From an archaeon (lineage in GTDB: Archaea > Nanobdellota > Nanobdellia > Pacearchaeales > GW2011-AR1), in NCBI GenBank assembly GCA_043810775.1, contig JBDRNU010000007.1:1-64000 (forward strand): a DNA stretch of 64,000 nt. Direction: 5' to 3'. The position numbers were made by a program, and so were the translations under genes. Positions 55,276 through 64,000 of this stretch are shown one piece after another (position 1 is the stretch's first letter; every line of letters starts with the position of its first letter). The notes under the pieces were generated by a model that was given only the letters and a program-made list of their open reading frames with translations, was not told the DNA's origin and did no database searches.

Positions 55276-56901
55276 TCAATCCATTCCACCCATTCCAGGA
55301 GGCATTCCACCATATCCTCCTCCCCCACCGCCTCCACCCCTGCTTGATGCAGCAATTACATCATCTATTCTTAATATCATCATTGCAACTTCAGAAGCAG
55401 AATCAATAGCCTGGGTCTTTATTCTAAGTGGCTCAACTATTCCTGCGCTTAAATTATCTTCAATCTTTCCAGTAAACAAGTTTAATCCAGCATTTTTCAT
55501 TCCAGAATCATGCTTTGCTTTTAGTTCAGTTAAAGTATCAATAGGGTCTAGTCCTGCATTTTCAGCTAAAGTTACAGGAATATATTCAAGCGCAGAGGCA
55601 AACTCATCAACTGCAAGCTGTTCTCTCCCAGATAAACTCTGCCCGTAAAGCCTAAGCATTCTAGATAGCTCCATCTCAATAGCTCCTCCACCAGCCACAA
55701 TCTTATCATCTTGAATTGCAGCAGACACATCTCCCAAGCCATCTTTTATAGCTCTCTCAATTTCATCAATAACATGTTCAGTTCCGCCATGAATAAGTAA
55801 AGTCAAAGCCTTGGGATTATCACAGCCCTTAACATGAGTCATTGCCTCATCTCCCTGCTTTACCTCTTCAACTATACTTGCCTTTCCAAGCTGTTCACTG
55901 GAAAGCTCATTTAAATTGCTGACTATCTTCCCGCCAGTGGCTCGTGCAAGTTTTTCCATGTCAGACTTTGCAATTCTTCTGCAGGCATAGATTTTTTCCT
56001 TAGCCAGATAATACTGGGCTACATCATCTATTCCCTTCTGGCAGAATACAACACTAGCGCCAGAAGTTTTTATCTTTCTCACCATATCTTTCAGCATTTT
56101 ATCTTCCTGTTCAATAAAGCTCTGTAATTGTTCAGGAGTTGAAATTGAAATCTTAGTGTCAGTTTCAGGGCCTTTAATTTCTAATGCAGCATCTAATAAT
56201 GCTATTCTTGCATTTTCAACTTTAAGAGGCATATCCATTGAAACCTTCTCCTTGTCAAAAACAATTCCAGAAATTAGTTCTGTACGGTCTATTCCAGATC
56301 CCTTGTTTTTTTCAATCTTAATATTGCTTAAATCTACTTTTCCATTTTCAGAAATCTGCTTCACAGCCTTTACAATCAAGTCAGCAAATTTTTCTTTGAC
56401 TGATTCAGCGCCCTTTCCAGTCATTGCAGTCATCGCAATATTTTTTAATATCTGGTCATTATTGCCTACACTAGTGGCTAGCTCTTGAAGAATCTGCTGG
56501 GCTTTTTCAGCAGCTAATCTATACCCTTTAGTGATTACAGTTGGATGAATCTTGTTATCAAGAAGCTTTTCTGCATTTTCTAAAAGCTTTCCTGCAAGCA
56601 TTACAGCAGTAGTAGTTCCATCTCCTACCTCATTTTCCTGTGTCTTCGCTATCTCAACCATCATCTTAGCAGCAGGATGCTCAATTTCCATTTCTTCAAG
56701 AATAGTAACCCCGTCATTAGTAACAGTAATATCTCCAATACTGTCTACAAGCATCTTATCCATTCCTTTTGGCCCTAAAGTAGTTTTTACAGTATCTGCA
56801 ACCAGCCTAGCAGCTAAGATATTATTTCTTTGCGCATCTTTCCCAATCATTCTGCTCATATTCTCTGGCAAAATAAAAATTGGCTGTTTGTCGTTATTCA
56901 T
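55276..56901 (-). CDS. thsA: Thermosome (group II chaperonin) subunit
   Basis: [29 protein letters not shown]-rich tail. Confidence 0.97.
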   Translation of the reverse strand: MNNDKQPIFILPENMSRMIGKDAQRNNILAARLVADTVKTTLGPKGMDKMLVDSIGDITVTNDGVTILEEMEIEHPAAKMMVEIAKTQENEVGDGTTTAVMLAGKLLENAEKLLDNKIHPTVITKGYRLAAEKAQQILQELATSVGNNDQILKNIAMTAMTGKGAESVKEKFADLIVKAVKQISENGKVDLSNIKIEKNKGSGIDRTELISGIVFDKEKVSMDMPLKVENARIALLDAALEIKGPETDTKISISTPEQLQSFIEQEDKMLKDMVRKIKTSGASVVFCQKGIDDVAQYYLAKEKIYACRRIAKSDMEKLARATGGKIVSNLNELSSEQLGKASIVEEVKQGDEAMTHVKGCDNPKALTLLIHGGTEHVIDEIERAIKDGLGDVSAAIQDDKIVAGGGAIEMELSRMLRLYGQSLSGREQLAVDEFASALEYIPVTLAENAGLDPIDTLTELKAKHDSGMKNAGLNLFTGKIEDNLSAGIVEPLRIKTQAIDSASEVAMMILRIDDVIAASSRGGGGGGGGYGGMPPGMGGMD

Positions 56902-56953
56902 ATTTTTCTTCCTGATTTATACTTATTAAATTTTATTATACTGGATAATCTAC

Positions 56954-58288
56954 TTATCCCCCGCTTGCTTTAACATAAGAATCTATTTTTTCAGCTGTTA
57001 AATTGCCCGCATTAATCTTATATCCTTCTTCACCTTCCATTTTTTTGAAAAATTCCCTGACTTCATTTAAAGATGAGCTAGTAGTAACTACATTTTCCAA
57101 TCCATTTATGATTTTATATCCTGTATCTAGGAAGTTTCTAACAGTTTTTTCAAGATTAGCTAATCTATCTGTATCTTCTAAAAATGCTCTCCAGTAATCA
57201 TGTCCTGCATTTAGTGGAATTCCGTGAGCTAGGGCTCCGTAGCTTCCTCTTAATGTACCTGCAATTAAAGCTCCTGCATAAAGCCCGGCAAAAAATTCAG
57301 CACTATCAATTGTTGTTATATAATCTGGACTAACTTTAAGTTTTTCAGCAAAAAGTTTAGTCTTAAGATAGTATTCTTCAAGAGTTCTAATAGCTCTTGT
57401 TTCTAAATTCATTTCAATAGCATCTCCATTTTCCTGAAGTTTTGAAAAAATAGGATGTAAAGGCAGTGCCAAATCAAATACTAAAGGGCCTTTTTTTGTC
57501 TCTCCCGCATCTAAAAGCCTGCTTTTCATTACATGATGTGGGCAGGCTCCAATATCCCCGCTTATTACTTTTTTAAAGTCATTTTTTACAATATAAGTTT
57601 CAGCAATATCTTTAAAAGCCCTTCCTAATTTTTCTCTTTTATCTTCAGGAAGTCTTTCACCATTAGCTCCAAAATAAAGCCTGTCGCAATATTTTATGCA
57701 AGCCTTAGTTATTTTTTCAGAACTCATATAATCTTCAAGCTGTGCTAATAATTCTCTTTCAATAATCCCACTGGCTACATGAAGCAATGCTATAGAAGAA
57801 ATAGAGCTTTTTACATCATCCCATTTAGGAACCTCTTTTCTTCTCACAGCATCACTAACCATTCTCTGAAGTGTTAAATCAGGAACATACTCTCTGATTA
57901 TAATCCTATTCTGGTCGCACTCAGGAACATTAGCACTATATAAGTAAGGAAATATTCTTACTTCTCTTCCATCAGTTGAAACCTTGATATTATTAGCAAC
58001 ACCAAGCACTGCTTTTTCAACTCTGAACTCCTTTTCATATTCCCCATTTTCACCGTCATATATTTTAAATACAGTTACTGGTTTAATAAGGATGTCAGAA
58101 GGCATGTCATATCCAGTTACTTTTACTCTAAATACCCTGGACTTTCTATTTTCTTCAGGAGATATTTGATATGCTTCATAACTATTCACAGTCATGTCTC
58201 CAAAATTTCTGGAATAAACTTTTGACAATAAGTTGCATACTATTTCAGGCTCAATTCCAATATCTGCATTAGTATTTTCTTCATTCAT
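56954..58288 (-). CDS. Divergent APH/choline-kinase-like phosphotransferase-fold protein
   Basis: VFKIY, FPYLY, IIREYVP, IALLH, VISGD...HHVM, LLDAG...GPLVFDLAL. Confidence 0.55.
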   Translation of the reverse strand: MNEENTNADIGIEPEIVCNLLSKVYSRNFGDMTVNSYEAYQISPEENRKSRVFRVKVTGYDMPSDILIKPVTVFKIYDGENGEYEKEFRVEKAVLGVANNIKVSTDGREVRIFPYLYSANVPECDQNRIIIREYVPDLTLQRMVSDAVRRKEVPKWDDVKSSISSIALLHVASGIIERELLAQLEDYMSSEKITKACIKYCDRLYFGANGERLPEDKREKLGRAFKDIAETYIVKNDFKKVISGDIGACPHHVMKSRLLDAGETKKGPLVFDLALPLHPIFSKLQENGDAIEMNLETRAIRTLEEYYLKTKLFAEKLKVSPDYITTIDSAEFFAGLYAGALIAGTLRGSYGALAHGIPLNAGHDYWRAFLEDTDRLANLEKTVRNFLDTGYKIINGLENVVTTSSSLNEVREFFKKMEGEEGYKINAGNLTAEKIDSYVKASGG

Positions 58289-58289
58289 T

Positions 58290-59252
58290 TTAAATTATAT
58301 TATAAATTATAATTTTATTTATCTGGTGAATCTTAGCTCTTATCTGCTTGAGTTTTTCTCCAATTTTAGCTATGTTAGCTTCCTTATCATCAGCTATAAG
58401 GCTGATTTTCTTCATTATATTATCCTTATTTAGTATAACTTGCATAGCCAAATCCTTATCCTTTTTATAATAAGAATTTATAAGTTCAATATAGCACTGC
58501 TTTAATTCTAAAAAAACCTCGCTAATTTTCTTAGTCTTGTCTTTTTGAATCTCATCATTCTTTAAAAATCTTGCGATTCTCTTGATTTCATCCCCTACAT
58601 GCTCTAAATTATATGCAAGCCACCAGTGATTAAACATTTCTAATCCATCAAGCTTTAGCATATTCAATACTGAAGGATTATTTGCTCCCTTAATAAGAAT
58701 TTTATTAATTAAAAAATAAAATTTATTTATATCTTCATCAGCTTCATAAATTTCATTAAACTGCTTGGAGTTTAGCTTGCCTTCATTAAATCCAGCTTCA
58801 AGAAGTTCAAGCATGTTCCTTATATTATTGTCAATTCTCTTGACAAAATTAGACATATTTACCTCTTCTAAGTCAAAATAATCCCTGGCAACTAGCCTGT
58901 CCTTATCATCTTCAATAATTTCCAGTCCAATCAGGTAGTTTAGCAATTTTTTTACTTTAGGCTTCTTGTCGCTGTCTAGCCCTTTAATTTCAAAAGTATT
59001 AAAATCCTGTGCATAAGCTACAGAAATCTCTCTTTTCATTGTATCCTCTCCAATTACATTGGAAAAATCCAAAACTTTTTTGTTCTCGCCGTTAATTTTT
59101 TTATAAGTAGGGCTGATTGTTATCTCTCCATTTGCACTTCTCTCTAAGAATATATGGTCCCCTTTTTTCAAGCCTGACTTATCAATCCAGTCTTTAGGTA
59201 AAGCCAAAGCAAAGCTTGAATTCCCAAGTCTGATTAATTTTCTTTGTTCCAT
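58290..59252 (-). CDS. phoU: AbrB-domain + PhoU phosphate uptake regulator
   Basis: RKLIRLGNSSFALALPKDWI (AbrB), DEDINKFYFL, LEHVGDE. Confidence 0.88.
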   Translation of the reverse strand: MEQRKLIRLGNSSFALALPKDWIDKSGLKKGDHIFLERSANGEITISPTYKKINGENKKVLDFSNVIGEDTMKREISVAYAQDFNTFEIKGLDSDKKPKVKKLLNYLIGLEIIEDDKDRLVARDYFDLEEVNMSNFVKRIDNNIRNMLELLEAGFNEGKLNSKQFNEIYEADEDINKFYFLINKILIKGANNPSVLNMLKLDGLEMFNHWWLAYNLEHVGDEIKRIARFLKNDEIQKDKTKKISEVFLELKQCYIELINSYYKKDKDLAMQVILNKDNIMKKISLIADDKEANIAKIGEKLKQIRAKIHQINKIIIYNII

Positions 59253-59635
59253 AATTTATACCCCTTAGACTTTCAAAATTATTAAAATGCGGAAAGTCAA
59301 ATCTAAGTTTTTTCCACATGAAATGCAGGTTAATTTAGTTTTTAAAGCAATATTATAATATAAAGTATATATTAAAGAATATATATTAGTAATACTTGTA
59401 TATACTAAAAAGAATAAAGTTAACACTCTTTTCAAATTAAGTATATAAGATATATATTACATTTCCATTACCAATAAAAGTATCTATTACTATATATTAT
59501 TACAGCGAGGCTGGCTGGATCCCTCGCTGACTTTATAATCACTTTAAGACAGGGAAAAAGAGTGAAATTAGCGTATTTATTTTTTCTTAACGCAGTTTCC
59601 AATTTTATAATTTAAATAAATCAGTTTAAAATAAA

Positions 59636-60070
59636 ATGAAAATAGGAATTCAAGCTAGAGAAATAATGAATGAAGATTTTCCAATAGTAGACTCATCGCT
59701 AACTTTGGATAAGTGTGTAAAAAGTTTAGGAAGGAATAATGAAGCCTGCATAGTTGTAAAACAAGGGTATTTTCACAGCATTCTGGGCTATGATGACTTG
59801 CTTAGGGGATTTATGGAAAGAAAGGACAATTCAGCTAAAATCAGTGATATAAGCATTGAAGAAAATTTTAGGGTAGTTGGCCCTGATAAAGATATAATTG
59901 AGATAATAGAGCTTATGAATTCAAACAATACAGAATTTATAGTTGTCAAGGACAGCAAAAAGATATTAGGCCTAATAACTAAAAAAGATATTATCGACAT
60001 TGAACCTTTGTTATTTGATTCTATAAAGCTAAAGAGTCCCGAACAGCAGCTAATTACACTTTATCACTAA
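59636..60070 (+). CDS. CBS-domain protein
   Basis: AREIMNEDFPIV...ILGLITKKDII. Confidence 0.85.
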   Translation: MKIGIQAREIMNEDFPIVDSSLTLDKCVKSLGRNNEACIVVKQGYFHSILGYDDLLRGFMERKDNSAKISDISIEENFRVVGPDKDIIEIIELMNSNNTEFIVVKDSKKILGLITKKDIIDIEPLLFDSIKLKSPEQQLITLYH

Positions 60071-60151
60071 AATTGTATTTACTTTGAAATATATATTACT
60101 AAAATATAACATTTATAAACAGGTGCACCTTTACACATAAAAGAGGACAAA

Positions 60152-60715
60152 ATGGAAGCAAGAATCAAGGTTGGTGACGTAATGACCCGAAATTTTGTGT
60201 CTGTTGCTCCAGATGTAAATCTAACTGACTGCGCTAAAATTATGATAAAAAAACGCGTAGGAAGTTTAATTATCAAGGACAAGCAAAAGTTACTAGGAAT
60301 TATAACTGAAAAAGATATTATCTGGGCCCTCACCAAGAAAAGTGAATCTGATTTAAGGAAAATTAAAGTAAAGGAAATTGCAGCTAGAAAAGTAGCTACT
60401 ATAAAACCCTCAGCAGATATCTCTCAGGCAATTAACCGTATGAAAAAACTAAAATTCAGAAGGCTTCCAGTAGTTGTAAATGGAAATGTTATAGGCATGC
60501 TGACTCTAAAAGATGTACTCAGAATCGAGCCTTCTTTATTTGATATAGCTTCTTACAACAATGATATAAAAGAAGAGGGTGAGAAATTAAGAAGAAAGGC
60601 TCAAGATGGAGGGCGCTGGATAAATGAAGGCATGTGCGAGGAATGCGGAAATTATAACCTTCTTTATAAAGTAGATGGAAGAGTAATATGCCCTGTCTGT
60701 AAAGATTCCATGTAA
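60152..60715 (+). CDS. CBS-domain protein with C-terminal zinc ribbon
   Basis: VGDVMTRN, GIITEKDI, RRLPVV; GMCEECG...CPVC. Confidence 0.9.
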   Translation: MEARIKVGDVMTRNFVSVAPDVNLTDCAKIMIKKRVGSLIIKDKQKLLGIITEKDIIWALTKKSESDLRKIKVKEIAARKVATIKPSADISQAINRMKKLKFRRLPVVVNGNVIGMLTLKDVLRIEPSLFDIASYNNDIKEEGEKLRRKAQDGGRWINEGMCEECGNYNLLYKVDGRVICPVCKDSM

Positions 60716-60770
60716 AAAAAAGATTTAAATATACCCAATTCTAATAATTATTAGTAAAAAAGAGAATAAA

Positions 60771-61271
60771 ATGTCAGAGAAAGATGTAATATTTACGGGA
60801 AAAGTTAAATCTTCAGCTATTTTTGATTATAAGGAAACTTACAAATTCGTATATAATGCCTTGCTTGACCTTAGTTATTTTGTAGAGGAAAAAACCTATA
60901 CTGAGAAAATTACTTCAGCAGGAAAGGAAATAGAAATAGAGTGGTTTGCTAAAAGAAAGATTTCTGATTATTTTAGGTTTTTGCTTAAAGTTAAATGGAG
61001 AGTGATGGATTTAGTAGATGTTGAAGTAGAGGAAAACGGCAGGAAGAGAAAGATGAATAAAGGAAGTGTTGAAGTCAAGATAACTGCCACCCTTGAAAAA
61101 GACTATGAGCATAGGTGGGAAAATAATGCTTTTACCAAGTTTATGCGGGGATTATATGATAAGTATATTATAAGGTCAAGAGTGGATATGTATGAAGATA
61201 AGATTACAGAAGAAACTGAAGAGGTCCTAGCTCAAGTAAAATCCTGGCTTTCACTAGAAGGAATGAGATGA
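60771..61271 (+). CDS. Hypothetical protein
   Basis: 166-aa ORF with TATA upstream. Confidence 0.75.
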   Translation: MSEKDVIFTGKVKSSAIFDYKETYKFVYNALLDLSYFVEEKTYTEKITSAGKEIEIEWFAKRKISDYFRFLLKVKWRVMDLVDVEVEENGRKRKMNKGSVEVKITATLEKDYEHRWENNAFTKFMRGLYDKYIIRSRVDMYEDKITEETEEVLAQVKSWLSLEGMR

Positions 61272-61316
61272 TCTTAAGGAAAGGTTTATATATTTCTTCC
61301 AATTTTAGGTAGCATA

Positions 61317-62708
61317 ATGATAAAAAAAGGTATTTTTTTCATAATATTCTTGTTCCTATTAATAATCCCAGTTTATGCTGATGTTATAAAACTTAATGTA
61401 CAGACTGAAGTAGTAAATGATGTAATAATTTCTGAATTAAATGAGCCGGCAATATTCAATCTTAAAATAACTAATCTGGGGCCAACTGACAATTTTGAAA
61501 TATATAATTTGTTAGGGATAAGCATGAGTCCAAAAGGCACTTTTAAAATAGAATCAGGCCAGATTAAAGAAGTTGAAGTAAGAGCCTTGCTTCCTGAAAA
61601 ATACAGGGCTCAGTCAGGGTTTTTTAATTTTGTGTATAAGATTAGAGGTCAGGATTCAGGAATCCAGGATGAGATTCTAACTGTAAATGTAGCTAAAATT
61701 CAAGATGCAGTTGAAGTCGGAGCTTATGATATTGACCCTGAGTCTGAAGCTGCTATAATTTATGTGATAAATAAAGTAAATCATGACTTTACTAATTTAA
61801 ATTCTAATTTTAATTCAGCTTTTTTCACTTTTAGCGAGTCTTTCTCACTAGGCCCTCTAAGCCTTAAAGAATTTACAGCTCCTATAAATAAGGATCAAAC
61901 TAGGACTCTTGAAGCTGGAAATTATATTGTTACTGCTGAAATTGAACTAGAGAATATTAAAAAAACTCTTGAAGGAAATATTAGGTTTGTTGAAAAAACA
62001 GGGATATCTACTTCTGAAAAAAAATCAGGCGTAATAATTTCTAGTCTAATAATCACTAAAAATAATGAAGGAAATCTTCCAACAGTGGCTCAAGTTAGTG
62101 TAAGTAAAAATGCTATCTCAAGATTATTTACTAGTTTCAGTTTAGAGCCAGATTCAGTTGAGAGAACAGGTTTTATTATTGAGTATAAATGGCAGTCAGA
62201 GCTCCGGCCAGGGGAAAATATCCAAGTCAAAATTACTACTAACTGGACTTATCCTTTGCTGATATTATTGGGAATTATAATTATTGTATTTTTAGCTTAT
62301 GTTTATACTAAATCTAACCTAGTTTTAAAGAAAAAAGTAAGCTTTGTCCATACTAAATCTGGAGATTTAGCTCTAAAAATTATAATACATGCTAAAGCTA
62401 GGAAATTTGTTGAAAAAATATTAGTAGTTGACAAGCTTCCTCCTCTGGTTAAGCTTCATGAAAGATTTGGTAGCATAGAGCCTGATAAAGTTGATCATAA
62501 GAATAAAAGATTAGAATGGAATGTAGATGCCCTGCAGGCTGGAGAAGAGAGAATATTTACTTACATAGTTTATTCTAAAGTAGGGATAGTTGGAAAGTTT
62601 GAGTTGCCTCCAGCTAATGCTGTATTTGAGAGAGAAGGCAAGATTCACGAGACCGAATCTAATAAGGCATTTTTCGTAGCTGAACAAAGATCTATTAGGG
62701 AAGAGTAA
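61317..62708 (+). CDS. Membrane protein with Ig-like ectodomain and cytoplasmic Ig-like domain
   Basis: Signal peptide, TM YPLLILLGIIIIVFLAYVY, C-terminal VVDKLPP...LEWNVDALQAGEERIFTY. Confidence 0.75.
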   Translation: MIKKGIFFIIFLFLLIIPVYADVIKLNVQTEVVNDVIISELNEPAIFNLKITNLGPTDNFEIYNLLGISMSPKGTFKIESGQIKEVEVRALLPEKYRAQSGFFNFVYKIRGQDSGIQDEILTVNVAKIQDAVEVGAYDIDPESEAAIIYVINKVNHDFTNLNSNFNSAFFTFSESFSLGPLSLKEFTAPINKDQTRTLEAGNYIVTAEIELENIKKTLEGNIRFVEKTGISTSEKKSGVIISSLIITKNNEGNLPTVAQVSVSKNAISRLFTSFSLEPDSVERTGFIIEYKWQSELRPGENIQVKITTNWTYPLLILLGIIIIVFLAYVYTKSNLVLKKKVSFVHTKSGDLALKIIIHAKARKFVEKILVVDKLPPLVKLHERFGSIEPDKVDHKNKRLEWNVDALQAGEERIFTYIVYSKVGIVGKFELPPANAVFEREGKIHETESNKAFFVAEQRSIREE

Positions 62709-62740
62709 ATTTAAAAACACTCTCATATTCTAAATTCTAT

Positions 62741-62872
62741 CCCCCGGTGGCTCAATGGTAGAGCGTCTGGCTGTAGATTGCTAGGGTGGATTTTCCATTC
62801 AGGAAATAAAATGAAACCTGAGAAGCCTACGCTGAAACTAGAAGGTCGGGAGTTCGACTCTCCCCCGGGGGA
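62741..62872 (+). tRNA. tRNA-Tyr(GTA) with ~60-nt intron at 37/38 (62777-62836)
   Basis: Acceptor cccccgg/ccggggg (C1-G72), anticodon stem tctgg/ctaga, T arm gggag-ttcgact-ctccc; TATA at ~62710. Confidence 0.9.
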
Positions 62873-62932
62873 TATATTTTTATATCTCCTCCTATTTCAC
62901 TGAATATAAAAAAATCAGGGGAAAAAGGTAAT

Positions 62933-63328
62933 ATGGAAGCAACATTAATTTTATATCTGGTAATCTTATTATGTTTTCTTTATTTATATTTTAAATCAGA
63001 TATTATATCTTTTTTATTTAAGAAAAATTTTAAGTGCACTAATTGCACACAGTGCTGTAAATTAAGAGTGAAGCTTAGTAAAAAAGATATTGAACGAATT
63101 AAAACCGAACTTGATTATATTGAAACTGATAAAGGTAAAAAATGGATAAAAAGAGTTAATAATTACTGCATATTTATGAATATAAAGCAAGGAAAATCTA
63201 GATGTTCAATTTATAAAAATCGCCCAGATATATGCAGAGTTTTCCCTGTAAGGAGAATTTTTGGCTTTAAAAGTTATGATCATAGATGTAAAGCTTTTAA
63301 ATTCCCAAAAATCTTGTCTAAAAAATAA
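62933..63328 (+). CDS. YkgJ-family cysteine cluster protein with N-terminal TM helix
   Basis: FKCTNCTQCC, CIFM, CSIYKNRPDICRVFP. Confidence 0.85.
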   Translation: MEATLILYLVILLCFLYLYFKSDIISFLFKKNFKCTNCTQCCKLRVKLSKKDIERIKTELDYIETDKGKKWIKRVNNYCIFMNIKQGKSRCSIYKNRPDICRVFPVRRIFGFKSYDHRCKAFKFPKILSKK

Positions 63329-63383
63329 GAAAGATATTTTTCTTATCAGAAAAGCTTAAATTTACTGCTTTCTAATATAACCA

Positions 63384-63749
63384 ATGCGGTATGATGATGA
63401 CCAATCTTTATTTGAATTGCCTTATATAAAAAGGTTGGAGAAGTCAAGAGATTTTAAGAAGATTACATCTACAGGAAGAGTTATTGTGAGGTATACTGCT
63501 GAGTGGTGCAGGCCTTGTAAAAATTTTGAGAAAAGAATTCTGCCTAGAAAAGATATGTTAAGATTTCTTAAAGAAAAAGACATTACCTTATTATTTGTGG
63601 ATGTAGATGATTTTAGAGAGTTAGCTGAAGAAGCAGGAGTAAGGAATTTACCCCATGTTGAAGGATATCTAAATGGTAAAAAGGTGGGTTCAAGTTGGAC
63701 GAATAATAATCCCAAGACTTTTTTTTATACGTTTTTTCAGGATGAGTAA
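63384..63749 (+). CDS. Thioredoxin-family protein
   Basis: AEWCRPCK, VDVDD...LAEEAGVRNLP. Confidence 0.85.
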   Translation: MRYDDDQSLFELPYIKRLEKSRDFKKITSTGRVIVRYTAEWCRPCKNFEKRILPRKDMLRFLKEKDITLLFVDVDDFRELAEEAGVRNLPHVEGYLNGKKVGSSWTNNNPKTFFYTFFQDE

Positions 63750-63836
63750 TGGGTGGTTGGAATGTAGAGGATATTTTTTATCACCATTAACTTTAAAAGA
63801 TTTGATTTTTTACAACTAATAAGGGAGGTATAAAAT

Positions 63837-64000
63837 ATGGTAAAAATTGCTGACGTGAAGAAACTTCAAGGCAGTGTAGAAGGCAGTATTGAAGCTGAAG
63901 TAATGGAAATTGGGGAAACTAGGGAATTCAACAAGTTTGGGAATATTATTAAAGTAGCTAATGCAACTTTAAAAGATGACTCTGGCACAATTCAGTTAAG
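63837..64000 (+). CDS. OB-fold ssDNA-binding protein (RPA/SSB), truncated by the window end
   Basis: Manual translation MVKIADVKK...REFNKFG...VANATLKDDSGTIQL; GGAGGT RBS. Confidence 0.85.
   Translation, partial: MVKIADVKKLQGSVEGSIEAEVMEIGETREFNKFGNIIKVANATLKDDSGTIQL

Overview
AT-rich archaeal chromosome segment, most consistent with a DPANN lineage such as Pacearchaeota/Woesearchaeota (inference from thermosome, rpl10e, rpl35ae, Elp3, archaeal GluRS/TrpRS, intron-containing tRNAs and sparse metabolism). Housekeeping genes include trxB, trpS, thrS, gltX, elp3, ppsA, thermosome, a phoU-like regulator and RPA. There is a divergent type IV pilus/Tad-like locus (KaiC-like ATPase, two platform proteins, secretion ATPase, pilins and a vWA/LamG adhesin), three tRNAs (Val with a D-loop intron, Gly, Tyr with a 60-nt intron), a free-standing LAGLIDADG gene and many orphan genes. 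The most notable signals are: (1) short, highly structured inserts at gene 3' ends flanked by direct repeats, two of which (from 7053 and 36885) share a ~60-nt motif with compensatory base changes; (2) a tightly coupled HTH + GHKL/MORC-like ATPase + helical-repeat protein operon with no visible nuclease; (3) a helical repeat shared between that operon and a distant orphan membrane protein; (4) two paralogous nucleotidyltransferase-HEPN-like fusions; (5) a receptor-like pseudo-cyclase. No CRISPR array or rRNA was seen. All calls were made by eye, without database searches.
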